Below, one piece after another: positions 1-9,554 of a stretch of 64,000 nt of DNA (positions are counted from its first letter, which is position 1; each line of letters begins with the position of its first letter). The stretch is from contig CBDCTK010000002.1 of the NCBI GenBank assembly GCA_965222225.1, positions 896,001-960,000 on the forward strand. The letters run 5' to 3'. Under the pieces are notes generated by a model. That model searched no databases, was not told the origin of the DNA, and saw nothing but the letters and a program-made list of their open reading frames with translations. This DNA is from Candidatus Poribacteria bacterium. GTDB taxonomy: Bacteria > Poribacteria > WGA-4E > JAJDTR01. Position numbers and translations under genes: made by a program.

Positions 1-621
1 GGAGTCGACGGCCTCTGCAATACGATTTTGGACTTCAGGCGGTGAAAACGGCACTCTCAACGCCCGAACTTGGTATAGATCGATATTATCTCTGGCACCT
101 CCTGACTTTATTCGATCAAAAACTGTTTGAAATGGATCTGAATTTAAAACTGTACATAACCAATGAGGATTTACAACTCTTGAAGGTCTTATGAGACACA
201 CCGCTTGATTGATATTCGCAGATTCGAATCTATCATAGACACAACTCCTGCCAATTGATGCACCCACAATATTTAGCAAAACATCCCCTTTTTGCAATTG
301 CGAACGCCTCATCCGTTGGTGTACGTCATCATCAATACAAACCCTTTTGCTCAACGAAAGGGATCCTGCCAATACATTTTCACTTTTTACAAACAGAATC
401 CCTTCATCTTTGTACTCGTCTCCCTTCCATAAAGGGGTTTCTCCCTTGGTAATAGCGGTAGAAATTGCCCGAAGTCTAACTAGATCGAACTTGCTTGAAA
501 GTATTCTTTCGCGATTTTCAATGAAAAATGGCTTATAGAAATCCACGCCAAACGTATCTTCAAGTTGGCCCTGATTGAGGATAAAAATCTGACTTTCCCA
601 ATCAGGGCTTACGCGAAAAAA
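1..621 (-). CDS. Restriction-modification specificity (S) subunit / target recognition domain; partial, runs off the left edge; probably reached by -1 frameshift from the upstream RM gene
   Basis: Manual translation gives an open frame from ~630 to 1: ...SPDWESQIFILNQGQLEDTFGVDFYKP...ITKGETPLWKGDEYKDEGILFVKSENV...LQKGDVLLNIVGASIGRSC...NINQAVCLIR...LRVPFSPPEVQNRIAE, typical of Methylase_S/HsdS TRDs. There is no ATG near the 5' end and an in-frame TGA lies just upstream. Confidence 0.85.
568..621 (-). promoter_or_regulatory. Candidate programmed -1 ribosomal frameshift signal (slippery heptamer plus stimulatory stem-loop)
   Basis: The mRNA reads GGT TTT TTC GCG TAA GCCCTGATTG GGAAAGTCAGATTTTTATCCT CAATCAGGGC: T_TTT_TTC at 621-615, a 6-nt spacer, and a perfect 10-bp inverted repeat at 608-599 / 577-568. 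Confidence 0.65.
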
Positions 622-2893
622 CCTGGGTCTTCATGTGAGAACCTGCGGTATTCATTGTAGATTGTGTGGAGATCGTTAATCGGGTCCTTTCGGCCCGTTG
701 CATCATAGCCGATACGCTCGGCAATTGCCATAAAGATTGGATTGTTGGCGTTTTCCTTAATCCATTTACGGATGTCTTCAGCGTTCTTGTCCGCCAACTC
801 CTCTTTAACCACGTCAATCTTCTCCTTGTATTTCGCTTTAACCTCGCGCTCCCACTCCGAATCGGCAGCGGCTTTGAATGCCTCGCGATATTCCTTCTCA
901 AGAGTGCCAAGGTCGGCCGTATGTTCTCTCAGTTGAGCGCGCGCTGTCTTCAATTCATATGGCCCAACTTCCCGAACGGTTTGGGAGGTTTCGTCGCGAA
1001 CGAAACGGCTCCGCAGTGATTGAACCTTTTTCGCCGGTTCTTTGCCAAGTTTCTGGTTCAACTCGTCAATAAGATCCAAGATTGCCCGAAATCTTGGTTC
1101 AAACTGTTCTGTGGCTGCGGCTTGTGGTCGACATCCGCGATTGAGTACCAATTTCCGCTCATCCTCAAGTTCCCGGAACCGCCGCGCATATAGTGCTTCA
1201 TTCCTTCCTTTAACCTTATCGATGTTCGCTTGATAAAGACCATACTCCTCTTGTGAAAATTTACGCAAAAACAGTATTGATGGCTTCACCCCTGCGCCGT
1301 AGTGCGAAAAAGCGGTTTGAGGGAGTGAGACGACCGCAAGGATTTGGAAATGTCCTTCGATGTAATCCCTTACGTACTGCAACGAGGAGTTGGTCAGAAT
1401 TCCGTCGGGCAAAATGATTGCGAGTGTTCCTGTCTTCCATTTGAGAAAATCAAAACATCGTTCCAGAAACAGAACCTCTGTTTTTTGAGAAGCGTATTTC
1501 CTCCCAAGTTCATAATCAGCTAGATATGGCGATTCGTCCTTCTTTACGACCGCCCCGAACGGTGGATTGGTGAGAATTACGTCAAATCTCTCTTTATTAA
1601 AACCACTATGCTGGTTGTTGAGGTCATCGAAATTCACCAGCCCGTCGCTACCGATGACATTGCTGTGCCCGTCATCATGGATAATCAAATTCATCTTGGC
1701 GACGCGGGCAATAGAATCGTTGACCTCAATCCCGAAAAGCCGTTTTCGGCGAAATCGTGCCAGTGGGTATAATGTTCTCTGCTATCTTCGGAGTAGTATT
1801 CAGATGCCTCTGTCCGAATGTAATCCATCGCGTGTAACAGAAAGCCACCCGAACCACACGCTGGGTCGAGAATTCTATCTTCATGGTGCGGTGTAACCAT
1901 CTTGACCATGAACTCAACGACCTCGCGCGGCGTGAAATATTGCCCCATATCACCCCTGAAATAGTTTCCGAGAAATCGCTCGAAGGCAATCCCCTTCACG
2001 TCCAAGTCAGTCCGATTCAAATCGATTCCTTGTAGGTGATTCACAACCGAAAATAATCTAGCATCATCAACCCGAATATCCTCTGTAAAGACCTCTGGGT
2101 CTTGTGCTTTGGCTTCCTGATACAATCTGTTGATTCGGTGCGCAACCGATTCAGGGCGTTCACGCGTTTTGATTTGAAAATCGTAGGGCTCGCCCCTCCG
2201 TCTAGCCTTTTTTTCATCCCGAACTTTGACAAAAAGAATTTTGGAGAGTTCATTAAACGCGACCGTCGGTTCAAGCCTGCCCCCCTGCCAAAGTGTATCA
2301 TGGCATTTTTCAAGGGCACGGATGAGATCGTCTCTTTCAACGACCTGTAAATCCCAATCGGGGTCACCTGTCCGATATCGCCATTCGGAGACTGAACCGT
2401 ATCGAACCGGAACATCTGCGATGATGTTTTGGACGCGTTCAAGCGGTTGATGACCTTTAACCTCAAAGAAGCGCCTAGTATTTCCCGCAACAACAGCCGC
2501 GTAGTCTCCGGATAAAGAGTTACAATTCCCGAAAACCTGTTCAATTGCCTGATTGAATTCTGCTTCAGAAATCCTGTCTTTTTTGCATTCTACTACGATG
2601 AAAGGAGTTAGCCGGTCATCGTCCATGAAGACGACCAGATCAGCCGAATCACTTGGTGTCCGACGCGGGACAGTAACCTCCAAGCCCATCGCGTTTTCCG
2701 AATACTGATATCGCTCAATTAACTCGACATAATATCTTGCCCGGACTTGTTCTTCAGGATTGGCAAATCTGTATCTTTTGTTTTGAGCGACATAACGGAT
2801 TGTTGTCCCTTCATTACGGATTGTTGTCCCTTCATTAAGGAACTGGATGTAGCCTTTCCGCTCTCCGATCTGAACAAAATCAATCTGTTTCAT
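609..2893 (-). CDS. Fused restriction endonuclease / N6-adenine DNA methyltransferase (Type IIG/IIB-like; HsdR N-terminal-type nuclease plus N6_Mtase), split by an apparent 1-nt deletion at ~1745
   Basis: ORF 1691-2893 has PEEQVR, ADLVV...IVVECK (PD-(D/E)xK), GQYFTPR and ILDPACGSGGFL. ORF 609-1694 has NPPFG, ILPDGIL and IGYDATGR. Adding one A to the GAAAA run at ~1743-1746 restores AEKRLFGIEVNDSIARVAKMNLIIHDDGH. RBS GAGGAG at ~2902-2908. Confidence 0.88.
2795..2836. repeat. 21-bp in-frame tandem duplication (NEGTTIR x2) in the RM gene N-terminus
   Basis: acggattgttgtcccttcatt occurs at 2795-2815 and 2816-2836. Confidence 0.95.
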
Positions 2894-3018
2894 TGATGTT
2901 TCTCCTCGCTCGACGTACCTTTCACTGCGTGCTAGCTAATTTGGGGTGTGGGTTCCTACGGTAATAAATGGCGCCAACCCTATGGCATCAAGATTGAGAT
3001 TGCGTCATTTGAAGAGGG

Positions 3019-3047
3019 TTGACACAGGATCAGGGTCGTGCTATGCT
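3019..3047 (+). promoter_or_regulatory. Putative sigma70 promoter for the cytochrome P460-family gene
   Basis: TTGACA-17 nt-TATGCT with an extended -10 TG. Confidence 0.55.
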
Positions 3048-3081
3048 GTCGCTAGAACCGTATCACTTCATGCGATATTAG

Positions 3082-3110
3082 ATTATACTTAACTATTAAG
3101 TGAATGTCAA
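3082..3110 (-). promoter_or_regulatory. Consensus sigma70 promoter for the RM operon
   Basis: The minus strand reads TTGACA-TTCACTTAATAGTTAAG (17 nt)-TATAAT. The spacer contains the palindrome CTTAA-N3-TTAAG. Confidence 0.75.
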
Positions 3111-3254
3111 ACATTACTTAACGCAACCATAGTAACATTTTGCAGGTGTCTTGCTGCCTCCTTGACGCCAATCTGCTTAATTTCGCGGAATCTCTGTAGA
3201 TAGTTGGGTGTGGGAAGCGTAGCAGAAGATTCTATGAAAAGGAGCGTAAAACGC

Positions 3255-3839
3255 ATGAAATATCAACCCCAACACAACACAATATTGAGGCATGTGCTCG
3301 TCTTGATTGGTTTGAGCATCTGTGCACTCTTGGTCTCTTGTGATGAGAAAATCACTTTAGACCTCGTGGATCCGGTGCCTCCGGAAGAGACCGTGGATGA
3401 CCCGATTCAGGAGATGATGCCGGTAGAACCGATTGCTCTGCCGGGGCTTCCAGCCGACGTTACAGGGTACAATCAGTGGTTGAAGTTAAATGCGGAACCG
3501 ATTCCACCGACAGGCGGCGGCGATCCGCACCGCGGCACCAAGGATGTGTACGTGAATCAGGAGCGGGATGTGATTGCACCGGGCGGCCGACAGCGGTTTC
3601 CCTACCCCGATGGATCTATCGTTGTGAAGGAATCGCGCGCAGATTCGGGCTTCATCAGGGTTGTTGCCATCATGCGGAAGAAGGCGGGTTCCAATCCGGC
3701 GGGGAATGATTGGATGTATGAGGAATACATACGCCGCGACGCGGATTCGCCTTTTCCCAACCCGATATCGGGTGCGTTCTGTGGCAGTTGTCACTCGGAC
3801 GCAGCCAACCGAGACTATGTTTTCACCGTGCTTGAATAG
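3255..3839 (+). CDS. Cytochrome P460 / c'-beta family protein, probable lipoprotein
   Basis: Lipobox-like LLVSC, DVYVN, FPYPDGSIVVKE, DWMY, a C-terminal heme motif CGSCH and DYVF. Confidence 0.8.
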   Translation: MKYQPQHNTILRHVLVLIGLSICALLVSCDEKITLDLVDPVPPEETVDDPIQEMMPVEPIALPGLPADVTGYNQWLKLNAEPIPPTGGGDPHRGTKDVYVNQERDVIAPGGRQRFPYPDGSIVVKESRADSGFIRVVAIMRKKAGSNPAGNDWMYEEYIRRDADSPFPNPISGAFCGSCHSDAANRDYVFTVLE

Positions 3840-3946
3840 GTCGGCGCCCTAGAAACTAGAAATCTGATTTTGGCGAATATCGCGAACCTCTGAGGATTGT
3901 TCAAATCCACATGGATGCCCACTAGCTCAATGGAGAATTGAAATAG

Positions 3947-4732
3947 ATGGCAGATATGCTTCGGCTTGTCCCTCAGCCGGACTTGGCGAGTCGAGTGACG
4001 GCTATTCAGCGGGACGGTTTTGTGTATTTCCCTAGCGTGATAAGCCCGGCCGAAATTGCTGAACTTCGCTCGGTAATGGATCGCCTGGAAGAAATACCCG
4101 AATACTTCGATGTGGCTCGAGAATCTTGGTCAAGGTCCTTCAATAACGCCTTTAATCGTGACGAGGTTTTCATACAGTACCTTGATAAACCGGAGATCGT
4201 TGAGTTGGCGGAGAAGATTCACGGCGCCGATTGCCACATCATTGGGATGACCGCATGGATCACGGGTCCGGGACGTCCAGAGCAAACGCTGCATGTCGAT
4301 TATCTGCCGGTCAGCCTACCGGCGGATATATTGGAAGATCCGCGGGTGAACATCCCCGCTTTTATTACCACCGCTCATTTCTATCTTAGCGACATGTACG
4401 AAGAGCTCGGCCCGACGAAATTTGTTCCCGGTAGCCATCTCTCCGGGCGTGAACCGAATGGTGACGCGAAGTGGAAGGGCGCCGGAGAGCGGAGCATCCT
4501 CTGCAACGCGGGTGATGTGGTTGTCTTTTGAAGCGAGGTGTGGCACCGCGGGTCTGCCATCACCAGCAATCAAGAACGGTATTTGCTTCAAGTGCATTAC
4601 GCTCTGCGATGGATTACTCAGAAGTTCCCTCCATATCTAAACAGGTTTCAGTTTGACGAGGGGATGCTTGAAAAGTTGACGCCGCGACAGCGGCGCTTGC
4701 TGGGTGAACACCACCATAGCAACTATGATTGA
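3947..4732 (+). pseudogene. Phytanoyl-CoA dioxygenase (PhyH) family protein interrupted by an in-frame TGA at 4529-4531
   Basis: LHVD, GPTKFVPGSH and AGDVVVF*SEVWHRG are all in one frame. The stop sits where an Arg (CGA) would be expected. Confidence 0.85.
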
Positions 4733-4853
4733 GAAAAAAATAATGCGTAATTCGTAATGGCGTGGATTCTACGTTTTGCAGGGAAATAGATACAGAAAGC
4801 TGATGGGTTCGGCGATTCGACTGGCCGATTCTATCCTACAAGGATGAACATTA

Positions 4854-4889
4854 TAGAAACCGAGTTTTCGAGAAAAAAACACGGTTTCT
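4854..4889. repeat. REP-like palindrome AGAAACCGAGTTTT...AAAACACGGTTTCT; partial copy at ~12865
   Basis: Imperfect inverted repeat in intergenic DNA, with a related half-site agaaatcgagtttt at ~12865. Confidence 0.55.
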
Positions 4890-4917
4890 CTATATTGGTT
4901 TCTGATGATATCTTAAC

Positions 4918-6105
4918 ATGACCAACCAAAAGTTTCCCCTTTCCCGTTTTACTGTATTGGATCTGACTCGCGTTCGAGCGGGACCGACAGCCGTGCGCCA
5001 ACTCGCCGATTGGGGAGCAAACGTCATCAAAATCGAATTGCCTGTCTCGCCGGAGAGACTTGATGATGCCAATCGTGGACGTTACGACTCCGACTTTCAG
5101 AATCTTCAGCGAAACAAACGCAGTATGACGCTGAACTTGAAGGCGGCGGCGGGACGCGCCACATTCATGCGCATGGTGAGGCTGGCAGATGTGGTCGTGG
5201 AGAATTACCGCCCGAGCGTAAAGACACGGCTCAAGGTCGATTACGAAGCATGCAAAGCAAAGAATCCGCGTATAGTCTATGCAAGCGTTTCGGGTTTTGG
5301 ACAGGAGGGTCCCTATAGCGGGCGTCCGTGCTACGATCAGATTGCTCAGGGGATGGGCGGTTTGATGTGGATTACCGGCTTTGAAGGGCAGGGACCTTTG
5401 CGAGTGGGTGTGCCCATTGCCGATCTTGCTTCAGGCATGTACGCCGCACTCGGAATACTTACCGCCCTGCTCCAGCGGGAGGAAACTGGCGAGGGCCAGT
5501 GGGTGCATACTTCGTTGCTTGAAGCCCAGATTGCCATGCTCGATTTTCAGGGCGCGCGATGGCTCATAGGGAACGAGGTACCGCCGCAAGCCGGCAACAA
5601 TCATCCGACAGGAATTCCCACCGGCACGTTCGAGATCACGGATGGCTACATCAACATTGCAGCCGCCGGTGGCGACATGTGGGGACGGCTTTGTGACGCC
5701 CTTTCGGCGGCGGAGCTTCGAAATCACCCCGATTACTCTGATGATGCGTCACGGTCACGAAACCGAGATGCGTTGAATCGGGAACTACAGGAGTATTTCT
5801 CTTCCAAGAGCAGCGGCGAATGGATTAATCTGCTCAACGAAGCCGGTGTGCCGTGCGGACCAATCTATCACATGGACGAGATGTGGAATGACCCACAGGT
5901 GGAGCATCTCGAAATGTCCCGTACTGTAGATCATCCGGCGCTTGGCAGGTTGAACGTGGTGCGCCACGCGACAAGCCTGAGCGGTACCCCAAAAATGCCG
6001 TATCGCCCTGCGCCTGCGCTGGGAGAACACACAGATGAAATCCTGCGTGAGTTTAAGTTTTCCGACGACGAAATCGAAGATCTGCGAAAGGGACACGTTG
6101 TATGA
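4918..6105 (+). CDS. Family III CoA-transferase (CaiB/BaiF)
   Basis: VLDLTRVRAGPTA...LADWGANVIKIE, RNKRS, ADVVVENYRP, YDQIAQGMGGLM and PAPALGEHTDEIL. Confidence 0.95.
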   Translation: MTNQKFPLSRFTVLDLTRVRAGPTAVRQLADWGANVIKIELPVSPERLDDANRGRYDSDFQNLQRNKRSMTLNLKAAAGRATFMRMVRLADVVVENYRPSVKTRLKVDYEACKAKNPRIVYASVSGFGQEGPYSGRPCYDQIAQGMGGLMWITGFEGQGPLRVGVPIADLASGMYAALGILTALLQREETGEGQWVHTSLLEAQIAMLDFQGARWLIGNEVPPQAGNNHPTGIPTGTFEITDGYINIAAAGGDMWGRLCDALSAAELRNHPDYSDDASRSRNRDALNRELQEYFSSKSSGEWINLLNEAGVPCGPIYHMDEMWNDPQVEHLEMSRTVDHPALGRLNVVRHATSLSGTPKMPYRPAPALGEHTDEILREFKFSDDEIEDLRKGHVV

Positions 6106-6917
6106 GCGCAGAAACTGGTTTGCCGGGGAAAATCACGGAAAAACTCATTGTCAGAAAGAGCGCCGGGGTTGGCTATCTCGGCCTGAACCAGCCTGAAAAG
6201 CACAACGCCATTTCGTATGATATGTGGTTGGACATTGCTCAGGTGATTAGTGATTTCGAGGCGGACGACGACATTCGTGTGATTGTGGTTTCCGGTGAAG
6301 GCGGCGCGGCTTTCTCGTCCGGTGCGGATATATCACAATTCGAGCGTCAGCGCCAATCCGCCGAGAACATCAAGGTCTACGATGGCGCCGCGGGGCGTGC
6401 GCAAGACAAATTGACCAAGGTTTCCAAACCGACAATTGCCAAGATTACCGGGTATTGCATCGGCGGTGGTCTTGCGACCGCGCTTTGCTGTGACCTGCGT
6501 TTCGCCAGTGAAGATTCAAAGTTTGGGATTCCCGCCGCCAGGCTGGGCTTGGGGTACGGTTACGGCGGTTTGAAGGCATTGGTGCAACTCGTTGGTCCAA
6601 TACGCGCCAAGGAGATTATGTTCACCGCCAGACAGTTTAACGCGACGGAAGCCTACGATATGGGGCTAGTCAATCGAGTGCTGAAAAAGGATGACTTGGA
6701 AAGCGTCGTAAATGAATACACGGAAACCATAAGCGGTAACGCACCGCTCACGATTAAAGCCTGCAAGCGAATCATCGACGAGATTGGCAAGGATCCGGTC
6801 GACCGCGATCTTAAGCTTTGCAAACGCCTTGTTGATGGTTGTTTCGCTAGTGAAGATTATAAGGAGGGGCGGCGGGCATTCATGGAAAAACGGAAACCAA
6901 GGTTTCGCGGGAGATAG
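6102..6917 (+). CDS. Enoyl-CoA hydratase/isomerase
   Basis: AFSSGADI, KPTIAKITGYCIGGG and SEDYKEGRRAFMEKRKP. ATGA overlap with the CoA-transferase gene. Confidence 0.95.
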   Translation: MSAETGLPGKITEKLIVRKSAGVGYLGLNQPEKHNAISYDMWLDIAQVISDFEADDDIRVIVVSGEGGAAFSSGADISQFERQRQSAENIKVYDGAAGRAQDKLTKVSKPTIAKITGYCIGGGLATALCCDLRFASEDSKFGIPAARLGLGYGYGGLKALVQLVGPIRAKEIMFTARQFNATEAYDMGLVNRVLKKDDLESVVNEYTETISGNAPLTIKACKRIIDEIGKDPVDRDLKLCKRLVDGCFASEDYKEGRRAFMEKRKPRFRGR

Positions 6918-6987
6918 CTAGATGATGACAATAATCGTAGCCGACATTTCGCCCTTAGATTTCTGAATAAGTTTGGAAAGTGGGAAT

Positions 6988-7512
6988 ATGTCCGTCAACG
7001 AATTGTTAAAGCGTTTGGATGATTACACGGGTTGGGCGGTGTGTTTCTTCGCAGCGTTGCCGCTACTCGCTTTATTGGTTTCATTTCTGTACAAGCGGGT
7101 AATGAGAAGAGCGTTTATCGAATCGGTGTTTTCGGCAATCATATATTTGTCGGCGGTTCCGGGAGTCTTTGCGTGCATTCTAATATTCTATTTGCTTTTC
7201 TTTACCAGAACCAACCTCCTGAACGTTGATATCGTATTTTCGTTCCTACCTATAGTTTCGATGGGTTTGGTTTTCGGCATTATCGGAAAGAATGCGAATT
7301 TTGACAACCTACCGGGTTTTGGGCGATTGACGGGCTTGATGTTGTTGATTGCCATCGTTTCCGGTGTAACATTGGCAATTTACAAGCTTCGAATATTTGT
7401 GGGATTCTTCGCGTCAATAGAGGCTCTGGTAGGGATAGCGGTAGCCGTTTTCGTGTTATTCAAGGTCGGACTGGCAAGGCTCCGCGGTAATTCGAAGAGA
7501 GGGGTATATTGA
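6988..7512 (+). CDS. Hypothetical multi-pass membrane protein
   Basis: About 175 aa with about five hydrophobic segments and no recognised motif. Confidence 0.7.
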   Translation: MSVNELLKRLDDYTGWAVCFFAALPLLALLVSFLYKRVMRRAFIESVFSAIIYLSAVPGVFACILIFYLLFFTRTNLLNVDIVFSFLPIVSMGLVFGIIGKNANFDNLPGFGRLTGLMLLIAIVSGVTLAIYKLRIFVGFFASIEALVGIAVAVFVLFKVGLARLRGNSKRGVY

Positions 7513-7581
7513 CGCTATCGGCGAGGGTTACGGATTTGCGGATGTGTTTTGCCGATAATTATGGCAGTCCTTTCTGAACCG

Positions 7582-8364
7582 TCAATCCATCGGGTAGAGA
7601 CTGCATCCCCCGTCAACAAGTAGGACCGACCCCGTCATATAGTCCGCCGCGGAACTGCAAAGGAATAGAAAGGCATTCGCTACAGAGTCGAGGGGCTGCA
7701 TTTCACCGAGCGGGATGGCTTTCTGCGCGCGCGCACGATAGCTCGGATCGGTATCCCACTGGTGTTTGGCAAGACCGACACTGACGATTCCGGGGGCGAC
7801 GGCGTTGGCACGAATGCCTCTGTCCGCCAACTCCCGCGCGAATGAGCGCATTAACTGTTTCATGGCGGCTTTGCTCGCATTGTAGGGGCCAATCTCGGGC
7901 CAAGGGACATCCGCCACCCAGGATGTCGTGAAGACAAGATGTCCGGCAACTTCGTCTTCAATCATGGCTCGTGCCGATGCCTTTCCCAACAGGAACGCTG
8001 TCTTAACGTTCACCTGCATCGTCTGCGTCCATTCCTCATCGGAATAGTCAAGCAGCGGTTTTGGAATCACCATGCCGACATGGCAAAGCGCGGTGTGAAT
8101 TGAACCAAACCTGAATCTGGCCGTTTCAATCAGTGTCTCCACGTCCTCTACTCGGGTTAGATCCGCCTGCACGTAAACCGTTTTTTCAAGGTCGATTCCG
8201 GCATCTCGTAGGCGTGTATCGGCAGTTGCCGTGTCCAAGATATCGTTGACTGAGACTCTCGCTCCGTGTTCGGTCAGCTTCTTGACGATTCCCAATCCGA
8301 TGGCGCCGCAACCGCCGGAAATGACGATGTGGCGTTCGGCGATTGCGTCTTCACGGAAACACAT
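7582..8364 (-). CDS. SDR family oxidoreductase
   Basis: SGGCGAIG, catalytic YNASK, NAVAPG and VDGG. Confidence 0.93.
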   Translation of the reverse strand: MCFREDAIAERHIVISGGCGAIGLGIVKKLTEHGARVSVNDILDTATADTRLRDAGIDLEKTVYVQADLTRVEDVETLIETARFRFGSIHTALCHVGMVIPKPLLDYSDEEWTQTMQVNVKTAFLLGKASARAMIEDEVAGHLVFTTSWVADVPWPEIGPYNASKAAMKQLMRSFARELADRGIRANAVAPGIVSVGLAKHQWDTDPSYRARAQKAIPLGEMQPLDSVANAFLFLCSSAADYMTGSVLLVDGGCSLYPMD

Positions 8365-8409
8365 ACGCTAACCTCCTATTAGCGGTTTGTGCTCAAATTT
8401 CACCAAGTG

Positions 8410-9402
8410 TCAAGGCAAAATCCCATCCGCCCTCATTTCCTCGAAGGCGTTCCCCCTCCGCTCCATTGGCAGAGCAATCCTCGAACGCGAAAGACTGGAT
8501 TCATAGATTGCGAGTAGAATTTCCAACGTATCGCGTCCCTTCCGCGCTGAACTTCGGTGTTCGGGACCTCCTTCGATCCAGGACAGAAGGTCCTCAAATA
8601 CATCCGGTTGTCCAAATTGAGGTACGGGCGTCCACCTGCCGTTAGTTTCCTCACTGCGATAGCGGGCATCGGAACCTACACGGATTTCCCCTTTGTCTCC
8701 GACAAGCATCACGCTGTTTTCAACCGGTGGTTTATACTGTCCGGCTTCAATAATGCCGAAAATGCCGTTCTCAAATTGTACGAAACCCAACGCCTGCATC
8801 TCTAACTCAATGTTCTCCGAAAGAAAAGAGCCTGACCGGTGGATTTGACCAAGCACCCATTCGGCGGGTGAATCGTCCGCATAATATCGCATCAAGTCTG
8901 TCTGATGTGTATGATGGGTGAGCAGTGGCCAGCCACGGCGGGCGCGAATATACTCCACTTGTCCAATAGCCCCTTCCGCCACTAGATTCTTTACATCTGC
9001 CCATCCCGGACTGTACCGAAGTTGATGTCCGATAACGAAGCGCACGTCCCCTTCTTCTGCCCTATCGATTAATTCATCTGCTTGCCACAACCGAGTCGTC
9101 ATAGGCTTTTCAAGATACAAGGCGGTTATCGGGTACTCCAATACATGTTTCGCCACGTCGTAGTGCGTGCGGATTGGAGTTGCAACAAGCACTATGTCTA
9201 CGGTTTCGACTTCAAGCATCCTCTCGAAGTCTTTATAGACAGCGACGCCTTCGGATTTTAATGTTTCAAATCTTGTCTCGAACGGATCGGCGGTTGCGAC
9301 AACGGAGAGTCGGTCGGCTTGGTTCGCCTCATCGCGTAAACCCATGCCACGAGAGCCCGCACCGATCAGTGCAGCGCGGTAGGTTTTTGTTTGCGACGGC
9401 AT
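8410..9402 (-). CDS. Gfo/Idh/MocA family oxidoreductase
   Basis: IGAGSRG, VATPIRTH, LEKPM and GHQLRY. Confidence 0.93.
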   Translation of the reverse strand: MPSQTKTYRAALIGAGSRGMGLRDEANQADRLSVVATADPFETRFETLKSEGVAVYKDFERMLEVETVDIVLVATPIRTHYDVAKHVLEYPITALYLEKPMTTRLWQADELIDRAEEGDVRFVIGHQLRYSPGWADVKNLVAEGAIGQVEYIRARRGWPLLTHHTHQTDLMRYYADDSPAEWVLGQIHRSGSFLSENIELEMQALGFVQFENGIFGIIEAGQYKPPVENSVMLVGDKGEIRVGSDARYRSEETNGRWTPVPQFGQPDVFEDLLSWIEGGPEHRSSARKGRDTLEILLAIYESSLSRSRIALPMERRGNAFEEMRADGILP

Positions 9403-9554
9403 TTTGCCCTCCTAGTGTGCCAACAAATGGTAATCGGTTGAAAGAATGGAAGAATGGGTGAAGGCGTCGGCTGATTTTCCTTTGACGCAGTATTGGAAAT
9501 GCAAGCTATATGTTCCTGCCTGTTGGCAGGCTTCGTGGAGCAGTAGCGAGTCTC

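Noticed and set aside
602-910. ORF 602-910 (ATG at ~633) as the start of the S subunit
   Set aside because: It is in the third frame and stops at TGA 602-604, so it does not enter the S frame.
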